Shown piece after piece: positions 38,251-51,547 of a DNA stretch of 64,000 nt. The notes beneath the pieces were generated by a model that was given only the letters and a program-made list of their open reading frames with translations, had not been told where the DNA came from and made no database searches. The position numbers were made by a program, and so were the translations under genes. The first letter of the stretch is position 1; the number at the start of each line of letters is the position of its first letter. This DNA comes from Eledone cirrhosa (Eukaryota). The DNA is taken from contig OZ024744.1 in assembly GCA_964016885.1 (NCBI GenBank), positions 96,224,001-96,288,000 of the forward strand, given 5' to 3'.

Positions 38251-39822
38251 AAAATGAGAGCAGGATACAGGTTGGGAAAGGGAGGGCTTACCATCAATCA
38301 CCTCCTCTTCATGGACGATCTTAAGCTCTTCGGGAAGAGTGAGAAGGAGTTGGATGTGCTTGTTGACACTGTCCGTATTTTCAGCAATGATATATGTATG
38401 CAATTTGGTGTTAGTAAGTGTGGAGTCATTGTGATGAAGAGGGGTAAGTTGAGCAGAAGTAACGGAATCCAGGTACCAACAGGTGAGATGATAAAGGAAA
38501 TTGACTCTGAAGAAGGATACAAGTATTTGGGTGTTCTGGAGGCTGATGAAATGAAGAACAAAAAAATGAAGGAATTGATAAGAACTGAATACATTCTGAG
38601 TGTAAGGAGCGTATTAAAGTCACATCTGAACAGTAGGAATGCCATAGGTGCAGTAAATTCCCGAGCTGTGTCTATTATTAGGTACAGTGCGGGAATTCTG
38701 AGATGGAATGTTGCTGAACAAAAAGAAATGGATAGGAAGACTAGGAAGCTATTGACTATCTACAACATGTTCCACAAGAGGAGTTATGTCGATAGACTCT
38801 ACTTAAGGAGATCTGAAGGTGGAAGAGGTCTTATCAGCATAGAGGACTGTGTTCAGATGGAGAAAAACAACCTACACAAATACATGACTGATAGTAAGGA
38901 GCCAATGCTCAGAACTGTACTGAATGAGGGGACAATAGGCCAGGGGATGTCCAAGGAGGAAATAACATAAAGGAGAAAGAGCAGCCTTCAGGAAAAATCC
39001 CTTCATAGTACTTTCTTTGAGAAAACTGAATTTAGAGATCAACAGGCATGGAACTGGTTGAAAAGAGGAGACCTTAAAAAGGCTACAGAAGGAATGTTAA
39101 TGGCTGCGCAGGAGCAGGCCCTCAAAACGAAGTGGTTGAAACACCATATTTACAAGGAGGAGGCTAGCCCACTGTGCAGGATCTGTGGAGAGAGAGAGGA
39201 GTCTGTGGCTCACATTGTATCCGAGTGTAAACACCTAGCCCAGACTCACTATAAGGGCTGGAGACATGATGTGATGGGCAGGGTGATCCACTGGCACTTA
39301 TGCAAAGTAAACAATTTACCACATTGTGAGAAGTGGTATGGGCATAAGCCAGAGTCGGTGATAGAAAACCATCAGGCGAAGGTGCTGTTGGATTTTAGGA
39401 TACAGACGGACAAGAAACTGGAACACAATAGACCTGACCTGGTAGTTTTGGACAAAGAAAAAAGATCGTGCCTGATTGTGGATGTGGCCTGCCCATTCGA
39501 CACGAGAGTGCAAGAGAAGGAGAGGGAGAAAATTAACCGATACCAGGACTTAAAGTGGGAGGTAAAAAGGATTTGGAACTGCCATGAAGTCAAAGTGATC
39601 CCGATTGTCATAGGCGCACTAGGGACTATCTCAAAAAGTTTCCAGCGATGGTTAAAGAAAATTGACCCCTTCACGCTTTTTGGAACGCTTCAAAAGGCAT
39701 GCTTGCTGGGAACAGCAAGAACCCTCCGATACGTCCTGAATATATGAGGCTGCAGGTAGTGGCTTGATATTCATTTCAACAAACTTTCCAGTTAACTAAC
39801 ATCAATGACTGAGACTCAAAGA

Positions 39823-39824
<2 letters not shown>
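38251..39824 (+). mobile_element. 5'-truncated R4/Dong-like LINE of a different family
   Basis: FMDDLKLF, GGRGL, CRICGE..HIVSEC, RHD and NRPDLVV..D motifs. (TAA)n on both sides. Confidence 0.9.
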
Positions 39825-39863
<39 letters not shown>

Positions 39864-39890
39864 TATAATAATAATTATAATAATAATAAT

Positions 39891-40260
39891 GATTTCTTTA
39901 TTGGCCACAAGTGCTGACATCAAGAAAAACATTACAGACGGCACAACATATTTAAAACAATTGTGATATAACAATTCTTAGTACAAATGATACACAAAGC
40001 ACCAGACTCAACTCTCAGAAAATTCGGGTCCATAATATCCTGTTATATCGCTCAAATATTCAATTTTGTATTATAAATTTTATATTAAAAAAAGAAAATG
40101 GTTATAAATGGAAGAAAACCCCCTCTGTCTATATAGAACAGCCAAATAACAGCAATTTCACCAACACCACAAACTAGATACACCACCTATAACATCACCC
40201 CTCTGTGTACACTAAATACAACAGCCAGATAACGGCAATTTCACCACCACCAATCCCAGC
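39891..40260 (-). mobile_element. Probable 3' UTR of another Tx1-like family
   Basis: Tail cacttgtggccaataaagaaatcattatt, bracketed by (TAA)n. Confidence 0.5.
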
Positions 40261-40829
40261 ATAATAATAATAATTACTATTATTATTGTCTCAAGTTTTC
40301 ACAAAATGTTTAATTCAAATATTAAGAAAATATGTCAACACATATATTAAACATCCGCGACAAACGCATAGATACACAGATCAAACAAACTACAGTCTAT
40401 TCAACAAAACTCAGTAACGACAACGCCATCACTATAGTCACCGCCGCCACCACTCCATCATTGCTACCACTATCCCATCACCGCCGCCACCACTCCTTCA
40501 TTGCTACCACCACTATTCCCCCATTACCTTCTGTTAACTTAAGAAAGGGGAAGGTGGCGGTATCACTAGACAAGGGTGAGGCTAGCAAAAGATATAAATA
40601 GATTGACTTAGTGACTCGGTCAAATATATACGACTATGGCACTGCTGGCTCCCCCCTTCCCCACCAACAATAGAAAAATCCCCAGCACCACCACCGACAT
40701 AGCCAACAAGAATAACAGGCAACTTCAGCAAAAAGTATATTATATTATTCATAATTTCATTCTTAAGCCACGCAATGCTCACATTAAGGAACCACTCATG
40801 ATAATAACAATTTTAACAAACAACAAAAA

Positions 40830-43800
40830 AGAAAACCCCGTGACCAAGAAATACCGGGATGGCGGCCGGCGGGGAATAGCCGTGTCTCTAGGGGAGGACG
40901 ACCCCTCTAGTCTTGGTTGACACTCGTCCTAGAAGTGGTAACACGAAATGATTACCCCTTGGCGGATAAGGATAAAACGCGACAAAATAAAGTAAATGTC
41001 AAATGATAAAATCTCATACCGGATCGGCCGTCACCCGGGTCAAAAAGGGCCGCGTCCCTCAGAGAGGAACCAGACTGGCGTCTAAAAATCAGCTAATGGT
41101 TCAAACCTTCCCATCACTTCGGAGCTGGAGACCTCCCATAACCGGAATACTCCTACTGTTGGCCCTCCATGCTCACCACCAAGAAATCCAAAGAAAAAGA
41201 TAGAAAAATGGTCAAGGGAAGATAATAAAGAAGTCCTTGAGGCTTTCTACACTGCCATGTACTACCGATCAAATAGATCGAATACAGAACAGACATATAT
41301 CAACTGGAAAAAGAAACATCCCGAAAATAGAGGCTATATTGACAGTAACAAACTAGCCAATATACGAAGAAATATTGTTAAAAAAAAGTTACTAACTGAT
41401 ATAGAAATTGATCAGATCAAGCTATTAGCACACAGTCAGCGAAGGGAAAATGAAACATGTGTCAGTGAAAACGAGGTAAATTGTAACACTTCGAATCCTA
41501 GGGTTGGGGCGGATTCACTGACAACAGGACAAATTAAAGAAAGGATCGAAAAAGCGGAGGGAGTGCATGCTCAAGATGAAACTCAAAATGAAAACAATGA
41601 GATCGTAAATGATAAAGAAATGAATGAGAATGAACTTGCCAACTTGAAGGATGAAATTATGATGGAATAGATGAAAATGAAAGAATCTGACATGGGGGAA
41701 CGAGACACCCTCCCTAAGATCCAGAACTCCAAACAGAACCAAAAGATAATACACAAGACTATCATAATTTTCAAAAACATTATCATCACAAACAAACTAA
41801 ACATTGCTGATTTAAATCATCTCTATTATGCATCGGCTAAAGTCACCACTCACTTATGTGGAGTGAAAATGAAAAAATAAAGGAATTCCCACAAGAAATC
41901 TACTTGGCAAGAGAACATCAATCGCCAAATAAACCTTCTCCGATCTGACATAGAAATTTTAACAAACTACAAAGTAGGTGAACATATTAAACAAACTAAA
42001 CTTTGAAAATTGAAAAGAAAATACATTATAAAATCAACAAGTGGCATAGACATGCTGATAGAAATAATCAAGCAAAAAGTGTCGGCAAAAGCTGCTCGTA
42101 TAAGGCGCTTTGAAAAACGATCTAGATTCTATAAGGACAATATGTTCAAAAACAACCAAAGAAACTTCTACAGAAAAATTGGCAAGTCAACAATAACTGC
42201 TAAATCAATACCACCCAAGGAGGAAGTGCAAGAATTCTGGGAAAAGATCTGGGCCGAAGAAAAAGTTCATAATATACATGCCCCATGGATAGACAGACAA
42301 ATGAAAGATACAGCTCACCTTGAGGAACAAATATGGGAAAATATAACAGTTGAACAGTTGCGTTTGGCTCTTAGAAAAACCAGCAGATGGAAATCCCCAG
42401 GAAAAGACAAAATACAAATTTTTTGGATAAATGCCTTCACAGAGTCTCATGAGCTGTTAGCACAACTTTACAATGAAATAGTTAAGGAGCCAGAAAAGAT
42501 ACCATCATGGCTAGTTAACGGCATTACATTCCTGCTTCCGAAGAATGATGAGACAAACAATCCCAAAAATTATAGACCGATAACTTGCTTGACCACAATG
42601 TATAAAATTTTAACATCAGTCCTAACTGAATATACATATGACCACCTGATAACAAATGACCTATTTCCCATTGAGCAGAAAGGATGTAAACGAGGCTCAT
42701 ATGGCTGTAAGTATCAGCTTTTGGTTAACAAAATGATACTGGAAGATTGTCATAATAGAGACAAAAATCTATCAATTGCTTGGATAGATTATAAAAAAGC
42801 ATTCGATAGTTTGCCACACAGTTGGATTGAAAAATGTTTAGAGATTTTCAAAATATTTCCCGTTGTCAGGAGGTTCTTGTCATTCAGTATGAAGACATGG
42901 AAAACGATACTCCTTTTGAATAGTGAAACAAAATCACTGGAAGCTGGAGAAGTTGATATTAATTGTGGAATTTTTCAGGGTGACTCTTTATCACCGCTTT
43001 TATTCTGCATCGCACTTATACCATTAAGTAAAATGCTCAATGAAACAAAACATGAATATAAAGTCTATGACAAAACCGTTTATCACTTGTTCTACATGGA
43101 TGACCTGAAACTATTTGCAAAAAATGATGAACAATTGCAAGGGCTATTATCCACTGTGGAGCAGTTCAGTGATGACATTAAAATGGAGTTTGGACTAGAT
43201 AAATGCGCCAAAGCAACGTTCACCAGAGGAAAGCTGATGAAAAGTTCAGACATTAATCTTGATCGGGGGAATGTGATAAGAGAACTTGATCAAGAGGAAA
43301 CTTACAAATACCTAGGTGTTTGTGAAGGAGACGGAATCAAGCACTCGACAATGAGGGAAAGGATAAGGAAGGAATGTTACCGCAGAGTAAGAGCAATCTT
43401 AAGAACGGAATTGAATGCAAGGAATAGGATCGATGTCATAAACACGCTTGCCATACCAGTAGTAACCTACAGTTACAATGTCATCAACTGGTCAAGCACA
43501 GAGATCTGTAGGCTCGATACAAAAATTCGAAAATTCTTAACCATGCACAGAATGCATCACCCTAAGGCAGATACAGATAGAATATATCTCTCTAGGAGAG
43601 AAGGAGGACGTGGGTTAATCCAGTTAGACATTGCGTTGAAAACTGCAACAATTGGATTATCTACATATCTAAGGGAATCACATGATTGGATGATCAAACT
43701 CGTTTTGAAACACGAAAGCATCAAAAGATCATACTCCATTACAAAAGATGCACAAAGATACAGTAATGGACTACAAATTTCAGAAGTCCCATTTACTGCT

Positions 43801-44790
43801 GAAATGGAAAACACAGAAAAAGCAAAGCAGGTAAAAGTAACTGCAAAGAAAGAACTGCTACAGAAACTGGCTAAGAAATGGCAAGAAAAGCCTCTGTATG
43901 GAAAATACCCAGAGCGAGCTAACAATCCTGATGTTGACAAAACTTTAACCCATCAGTGGTTGGCATCCTCTGGACTGAAATCGGAGACTGAAGGACTGAT
44001 TATATCAGCACAAGATCGGTGTCTGCCAACAAAAAATTACCAAGCCAACATAATAAAAAATGGATGCAGCCCATTATGCCGTGTATGTAAAAAACAACCA
44101 GAGACCATTGATCATATAATTTCAATGTGCAGTCCTGTAGCTCCAACCGAATACCTAAACAGGCATGACAGAGCTGCACAATACATACATTGGATAATGT
44201 GTAAGCATTTTGACCTGCCCTATCAAAAGAATTGGTGGGAGCATCAACCACCTCCCATACTTGAAAAAGATCACATCTCAATCTTGTGGAACTTTAGCAT
44301 CCAAACAGACCGAAAAATAGATGCAAATAGACCTGATATAATACTGAAGGACTTTAAAAAGAGGGTATGCCTGCTAATTGATATGTCTGTTCCAATAGAT
44401 AAGAATGTATCTATAAAAACATTTGAAAAATTGAGCAAGTATAAGGGCCTGGAGATAGAAATTCGGAAAATGTGGAAATTGAGAACTAAAACAATACCAG
44501 TGGTTGTAGGCGCTCTAGGAATGATACCTAAGGGGTCTAATGATTACTTATCGCAAATCCCAGGAAACCCGCGTATAGGAGAAATACAAAAGATAGTACT
44601 AATGGGAACTGCCCATATACTAAGCAAGTTTCTGTCAATATAAGTGCATCACAAGTCTAAACACCAAAAGATACATGTGTGTGTATGTGTTCTTTCTTGA
44701 ACATGGCGGACCTTGTTGTTTCTTGAGGTCACTGGTTGTGACTTGGTGATAACTCGTATGAACATAAAGCAAGATAAATGCAACTGTAAT
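40830..44790 (+). mobile_element. Full-length R4/Dong-like LINE (N-terminal stops/frameshifts; RT-RLE ORF 42010-44643 open)
   Basis: GC-rich leader, WSREDNKEVLEAFY N-terminal motif, GIFQGDSLSP, YMDDLKL, CRVC..HIISMC, RHD and NRPDII..D..K. Confidence 0.95.
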
Positions 44791-45166
44791 GATAATTGTT
44801 TCTACGTTAGGCACAAGGCCAGCAATTAACCAGTGTATTATTGGTACTTTATTTTATCGACCCCGTAAGGATGAAAGGCAAAGTTAACCTTGGCGGGATT
44901 TGAACTCAGAATGGCAAGGGCCGTAACTCTATGCGTGAAAGCATGGCGTACGACCCTCTACCGATACTGCCAATCCAATAATAATAATTGTTTCTACTTT
45001 AGGCACAAGGCCAGCAATTACCCAGTGCATTACTGGTACTTTATTTTATCGACCACGTAAGGATGAAAGGCAAAGTCAACCTCGGCGGGATTTGAACTCA
45101 GATCGTAAAGGGACGTAACTATGATGGAAGGCATGGCGTCCGACACTCTACCGATACTGCCAATCC

Positions 45167-45168
<2 letters not shown>
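44790..45168 (-). mobile_element. Two head-to-tail SINEs in the Dong (TAA) tail
   Basis: Two units with B box and Nin domain. Confidence 0.9.
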
Positions 45169-45206
<38 letters not shown>

Positions 45207-45209
<3 letters not shown>

Positions 45210-48200
45210 TTTTCTTTATTAACCACAAGGGTTTACATAAAGTAGACATTAAGGACAGTACAGGACAATACAGGACGGTACAAATGGGAATTTCTGCGTG
45301 TAAAAAACAAAAACAGAGGATGTAACAAAAAAAAAAAATAACAAGTACGGGGGAGACTTCCGAGGGACATTTGTGGAGAAAGCCCATTAAAAAGCCTCAG
45401 TGATCCTGACCACCAGGGCAAGTGCCCTCTCCCAGTTTTCCACCTTTAATTTACAGACACATACTCGGAGTATTCACTCGGGCCATTCTTGCCTCTCTCA
45501 CCCATCTTTCAACAAAATGCTGGGAAGAGAGCACTTCCCTCTCTACCCTGATTTTCCTTTTCAAATGAAATTTGAAAAGGTGAATCAGGGCATCACCGAA
45601 GAGGTAAGTGCTCGTCTTCAGCCCTTTCAAACGTGTCCACCATACTCTCTCTTTCGCCATGGCCACCATACAGATAAAAACTGCCTGTCCTTCCCGGCTA
45701 AAGGAAGAGGGCGGGGCAATCCTCACGATGGACTCAGCTGATAGCTGGATCCGTTCTACACGAGACAGCAGGTGTTCGACATAAACCCACAAGTCAGCAA
45801 TGCTCGTACACTGGACGAGTGCGTGCTGGACGGTTTCGTCGCCCTGTGCGCATCTCGGACATGCCCGGCTGTCGGCACCTCCATGCCTGTAGAGTTTATC
45901 CCGAACTGGCAAAGCTCCTCGGTAGCACTGCCAGGCCAGGGATTTCTGGAAGTTGTCCATAGGCCCCGGCCCGAAAGTTCTTCCGAATAGATTGGCTAGT
46001 TGATTTTCGTCGACGCCTAGAGTTTCCCCAAGTACGCCGTCGCTCTTCCCCTCCACTAATCCTCTATAGAAAGCCAAGGTGGAGTTTCCCTGGATCAGAT
46101 TGCCTGATTGGTCGAGGGCTGTGAGCGCCTGAAGACATTCCAGTCTCCAAGCGCTCCCTCTCGGTCTTCGCTTGACCCAGGACTGCAGCTCCGTCAAGGA
46201 GACGAGCTGGGGAAAGACGTGCCTAGCAAACGGCGACCACACCTAATCACCGTCGAGGAAGAGGTGGAGAGGTCGCAGCCTGAGCGGGTGTTTGCGCATC
46301 ATCATCCACGGCATGCCCAGCCCTCCACGTAGCGGGTATTGACAGCAGATGGACCGCCTGACCATCGGAGCGCGTTCCTTCCACAAAAAGCGAAAGAGCA
46401 AACGCTCCAGCGCAGTCAGGCGAGGCTTAGGACAAGGTACGACGGTCAGGCGGTAGTAGATGACGGACGCGATGTACGCGTTAGCCACTTCCGCTCGACC
46501 TTTCAGGGATAGCTTCCTCTCCGCCCATTTCTGGGTGAGAGAAGCCACCCTGCTCGTCACCTCGTCCCAGTTTTTGTCCGTCTGGAGGTCCGGACCAAAC
46601 CAGACCAGACCCTTAGCAATTTAACCGGTCCGTCCGCCCAGCGCCCGACGACGCTGTTGGACGGCATGGACCTGCCTCTCAATGTGCCGAGCTGCAGGCC
46701 TACTGACTTTTCCTGGTTGATCATCCTGTCACCGCTTCGTATTCTCTTAGTGTAGTACCGATCGCCTCGATGTGTTTGGCGTTCGACACCACTAGGGTGA
46801 CATCGTCCGCATATGCCGACACGGATCTTCCGCATCCTAGTTCGCGCGGGACCCTCTCAACGTCTCCAGTTTGTGCAGTAATGGCTCGAGAGTCAATACG
46901 TACAAGAGGGACGAGAGGGGGCATCCTTAGCGGACCGAGCGCATGATAACGGTTCCGAAAGGTGACCTTTCACTCTCACCACAGAGCAGATGTCGCTGTG
47001 CATGGCAGCGATCCAGCCTCTGAAGACGAGCCCAAAGCCAGCCGCCCCCAGGACTGCCGCTAGGTAACGATGGTCGACCCTATCGAAAGCTTTCGACTGT
47101 TCTAAATTGATCAAGGACCCACCCGTGCTAGGTACCTTAGCTACCCTCTCTACGATGTATCGCATGAGGTGGAGGTCGACATGGATGGATCTGTCGGGAA
47201 TGGCGCATGTCTGCGCCTCTCCCACCAGACCACCAACGACAAGCGCCAACCTCTTTGCTAGCACCTTGGCCAAGATCTTGTTCAAAATCTCTGTTTAGCA
47301 GAGTTATGGGCCTGAAATTATCTATGTTATCCCCCTTGTTCGGATCCTTTCTCAGCAGCGCCACAGCTTCTCGGCTCACAGAGCTGGGAATTCTCCCGTT
47401 CTCTTACCAGTTGCAGTAGACGTCCGCCAAGAGGCCTCCGAACAAGTCTGGCATCGGTACGTAAAGTTCATAGGGCAGACCATCCAAACCAGGCGATTTA
47501 CCCCTTGTGCAGCCAGTCATTGCCTCCCGTACTTCAGCGGATGTTATCGGCTTTTCGCAACACTCCGCCTCAGTGGCCGAGAGCCGCGGCAGTCCGTCAA
47601 GGTAGACACTAAAGTCCATCCCTCGATCCGGACCGCCGCTGCCCCCGAACAGCTGAGCGAAGTGTCGCTGAAAAGCTTCACACATTTGCCCGGGATCGAG
47701 TAGCATGCGCCCGTCGTGGTTCACCGGATCGTGGCTTTGTTGCCACGACGTGCCTCCGCCACTCGGGCCCATTGAACGGCTTTCGTCCCCTCGTGTCTGA
47801 GAGCACGCACCCTAGCTCTGACAACGCAGCCTTCGTGCTTTGCATTGAAGAATTGGTCAAGGGCCAATTTCGCCGCAAGTACGTCGGTCGCGATGCCTTT
47901 GCTAAGCGCCTTGTCTAATTTTCGATCTAGTTCTCCCTCTGCTCTATTTTTCTCTATTGCTAAAGCCTTACTAAACCTAATGGACTCCATTCTAATCGCT
48001 CTTTTCAGAGCATACCACCACTTGTTGTTGACGATGGCCACCGTCAACGCCCGCTTAACTAGTTCGCTAATCCGGTCTCTGTAGGCCTTGCGCGCTGGTA
48101 AGGACGCGTTTAGCTTCCATTAGCCGGGTCCTCGTCTATGAAGCCTATATAAGTCAAGCACACAGAATACGAATTTGTGGTCCGTGTAGCTGACTATCTT

Positions 48201-50043
48201 GAATTGTGGACAGCCTATGCTAGACCTATCTATTTCCCTACAAAATACTCTATCTAGATATGATCTGCATGATCCTATGCGGTTTGTGCAAGTCCACATT
48301 GGCACATTCGGGAAATCCAATCGGTACCTGTCAGACAGTTAAAAACGCCTGAGCAGGTTGGTGAGGCTCTTGCACCCTCCTCCCCTATCCGCTAATCCCA
48401 CACAGTCCCAGCGTGCATCTAAGATCCACTTCCAGTCGCCCACTAACCCTAAACAGCGGGACGTACCAAGAAAGGTCTCCAGACGCCGGAAGAAATCAGG
48501 CCGTCCTGCTCCTGTCGGGGCATCGACGGCCACTAGCCTGAAAGTTTGCCCGTCTCCGCTGGTCACGTCCAGCACCACCAACTTACCTTCTGGGTCCAGG
48601 ACGATGGCCCGTATGACGAGATCCAAACCTCTCCGAAAAAGCACAGCAACTCCTCCCCCGATCCAGGACGTCCTGGATCGGGGTCTGGTTCTGCTATTTT
48701 CTTGTCGTTGTTGCTGGGTGTGTGTGTTTTGTTGTGTTTGCGATGTTGGTGCTTGTGGTGGTGGTGTTGAAGGTGTTGTTGTTGTTGGCGGTGGGGTTGT
48801 CGCCGGTGGTGATGGTGGTGCTAGTATGGGTGGTGATGGTGTTGGTGGTGTTTCTGCTGTAAGTCTCTTTGCAGTAGCCTTTACCCTTTTTTCATTTCTT
48901 CCCTCCCCTTTCGAAGGCGACGATGCGCTGCTTCTGCGTTTGTGCCTTCTTGCGACCTTCTGCCATCCCTCTCCCACCTCACACCCCATGTCCGATTCTG
49001 TGAGGTCGGGGAGGGCTACCAGCTCCAATCTTTTACTTGTTCTTGTTGGTGATGGTTGCAGTGGAGTCTCTGTTGCAGCTGCAGTTGGTATTACTGTTGT
49101 TGTTGTTAATACTTCCACTGCTGCTGCTGTTCTTGATTTCCGTGGCGTAGGTGTGGGTGCCACGGACCTATACTTCCTGGTTTCCGCCTGTCCTGTTGCT
49201 GGTAGCAGTGGAGCCGGTTCCGGAAGGAGGGGGGGGTCTCCTTTCTCAGGTTCTTCTCATTGCAGAAGGCCCTGAGGTGAGTCTTCGACCCACAGCGAAA
49301 GCATTTCGGGCGTTTGCCCTCAACACTTATGGGCAGTTGAGTGCCGTTATCGGAATCTATCACATCCGGGATAGTTTCGATGCACTCCTGGTTGGTTTGA
49401 ATTAACATCTAAATGAAGGCGCCGACCCAATCTTCTTGTACTTTTTTCTGTACTTGCAGTACGGTTGTTTTGTCCTCGATTCCGACGAGGACAGACTCGG
49501 CCAGCCAAGAAGGGGCTATCTCGGGGTGGGGGTGGGGTGGGCAGTAGGAGGGCACCAACACAATTTCCTCGCTCCTTAGGGTCACTAAGGATTGAGCCTT
49601 TGCCTAACGGGGTGTGGCAAAAAGCACGTCCACGGTGTCATATTTCTTGCCTCGGGTGATATGCGTTTTCCGCTGCCACACAGACTCTAAGGCTTTTTGT
49701 ATTTGAGCCTCTGTAGCTCTTTCAACCCTACGTGATTTTGTGCTTACTGTACGGTACGTGACCGTACAGTGCTGTTGGGTTTCGAAAAATTCTTCGGCTG
49801 CCTTGCAGATTGCTCGGTGTCCGGTTTTCGTCTCCATCTTCTTTTCTTCCTGTAATTCCTCATTTGTTATAAGGATGGTCTCCAGGTTCTTTGCGATACC
49901 TGCAAACGAGATTGGTTTTTCTTTGTTGTTGTTGTTGTTGTCGTCAGAGCTGCTGTTACTTTTGTTGTTGCTGCTGTTACTACGACCGCCGCCGCCGCTG
50001 TTGTTGTGGTTGTTGTTGTTGTTGTTGCTGCTGCTGCTTTTGT

Positions 50044-50074
<31 letters not shown>

Positions 50075-50640
50075 TATGCTGCTGCTGATGTTGTTGCGGC
50101 TGCTACTAGTGTTTTCCTTGTCACTGTTGCTGCTGCTGCTGGTATTACGGCTGCTGCTGTTATTCTTCAAGACGTCAGACGAATGAAATGGCTTTCCGTA
50201 TTTACCGCACACATTTTTCGTCGTTGTCGGCGTCGTGGAGAAATGTTTTACGGTATGCACGTTCTCTTGGTGAAAGCTACAAAAAAACTATATTTTTCTT
50301 TTTCTTTAATGGCGTTGCTTGCGAAAGAGGCGACACCACATTTTTTTCTCTGACGTAATGGCGATTGGGGAAGAAGAAGACTAAAAGAGTGGGAGTGACT
50401 TGTGAAAATTCTTTCTTGTAGCCATGTTTTTTTCCGGTTTAAAATGAATATTGGGCAGAAAACCCCAATAAGCGGTTATTTAACCCCGAAGGGCCAAATA
50501 ACGAGTAGGAAGACCCCTCTCACGAGGAGGAGGGTGTTTTTATCTACAATTTGGTTCAAGTTTTAAACAATTTACAATTGTTATAGCGGTTAAAAATGAC
50601 TATACCTTACAGAGCCGAGCCTCCGTCAACCATAGCATTC
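45207..50640 (-). mobile_element. Second Tx1-like LINE, frameshifted, with ORF1-ORF2 junction deleted and a divergent ORF1
   Basis: ORF2 pieces 45451-48660 are highly similar to copy 1. ORF1 pieces 48684-50260 include CFRCGSKTHLRAFC. (ATT)n at both ends. Confidence 0.9.
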
Positions 50641-50656
50641 AATAATAATAATAACA

Positions 50657-50855
50657 ATGCTTTCTTTATTAACCACAAGGGTTGACACAAAGTATAACAT
50701 TAAGGACAATACAGGACAATACAGGACGGTACAAATGGGCATTTCTGGGTGTAAAAAACAAATAAAAAACTGAGGATGTAACAAAAAAAAGAAATAATGA
50801 AAAATTCTCCACTAGTGGAGAGACTTCCGAGGGACATTCGCGGAGAAAGCCCATC
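50657..50855 (-). mobile_element. Tx1-like 3' UTR fragment
   Basis: Same tail, tttctttattaaccacaagg on +. Confidence 0.85.
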
Positions 50856-50856
50856 A

Positions 50857-51472
50857 ATAATAATTGTTTCTACTTTTGGAACAAGGCCAGCAATTATCCC
50901 AGTGCATTACTGGTACTTTATTTTATCGACCCTGTAAGGATGAAAGGCAAAGTTAACCTCGGCGGGATTTGAACTCAGATCGTAAAGGCCCGTAACTCCA
51001 TGCTGCAAAGCATGGCGTCCAACCCTCTATTTAATAATTGTTTCTACTTTAGGCACAAGGCCAGCAATTACCCAGTACATTACTGGTACTTTATTTTATC
51101 GACCCCGTAAGGATGAAAGACAAAGTTAACCTTGGCGGGATTTGAACTCAGATCACAAAGGGACGTAACTGTGCTGCAAAGCATGGCGTCCGACCCTCTA
51201 TTTAATAATTGTTTCTACTTTAGGAACAAGGCCAGCAATTACCCAGTACATTACTGGTACTTTATTTTATCGACCCCGTAAGGATGAAAGGCAAAGTTAA
51301 CCTCGGCGGGATTTGAACTCAGACTGTAAAGAGACGTAACTATGCTAGAAAGCATGGCGTCTACCGATACATTTAATAATTGTTTCTACTTTAGGCACAA
51401 GGCCAGCAAATTACCCAGTGCATTACTGGTACTTTATTTTATCGACCCCGTAAGGATGAAAGGCAGAGTCAA
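50857..51472 (-). mobile_element. Four tandem 5'-truncated SINEs
   Basis: Units start at ~50857, 51032, 51202 and 51373. Confidence 0.9.
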
Positions 51473-51547
51473 CAATGATAGCTATTTCTATTCTCTTCCT
51501 CTTATTCAGCAGGTTCCAAAAGTAGAAAAAATTATATTATATTATAT

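Noticed and set aside
50857-51472. Regularly spaced repeats resembling a CRISPR array or tRNA gene cluster
   Set aside because: These are whole tandem SINE units with no unique spacers, no cloverleaf and no cas genes, in a eukaryotic context.
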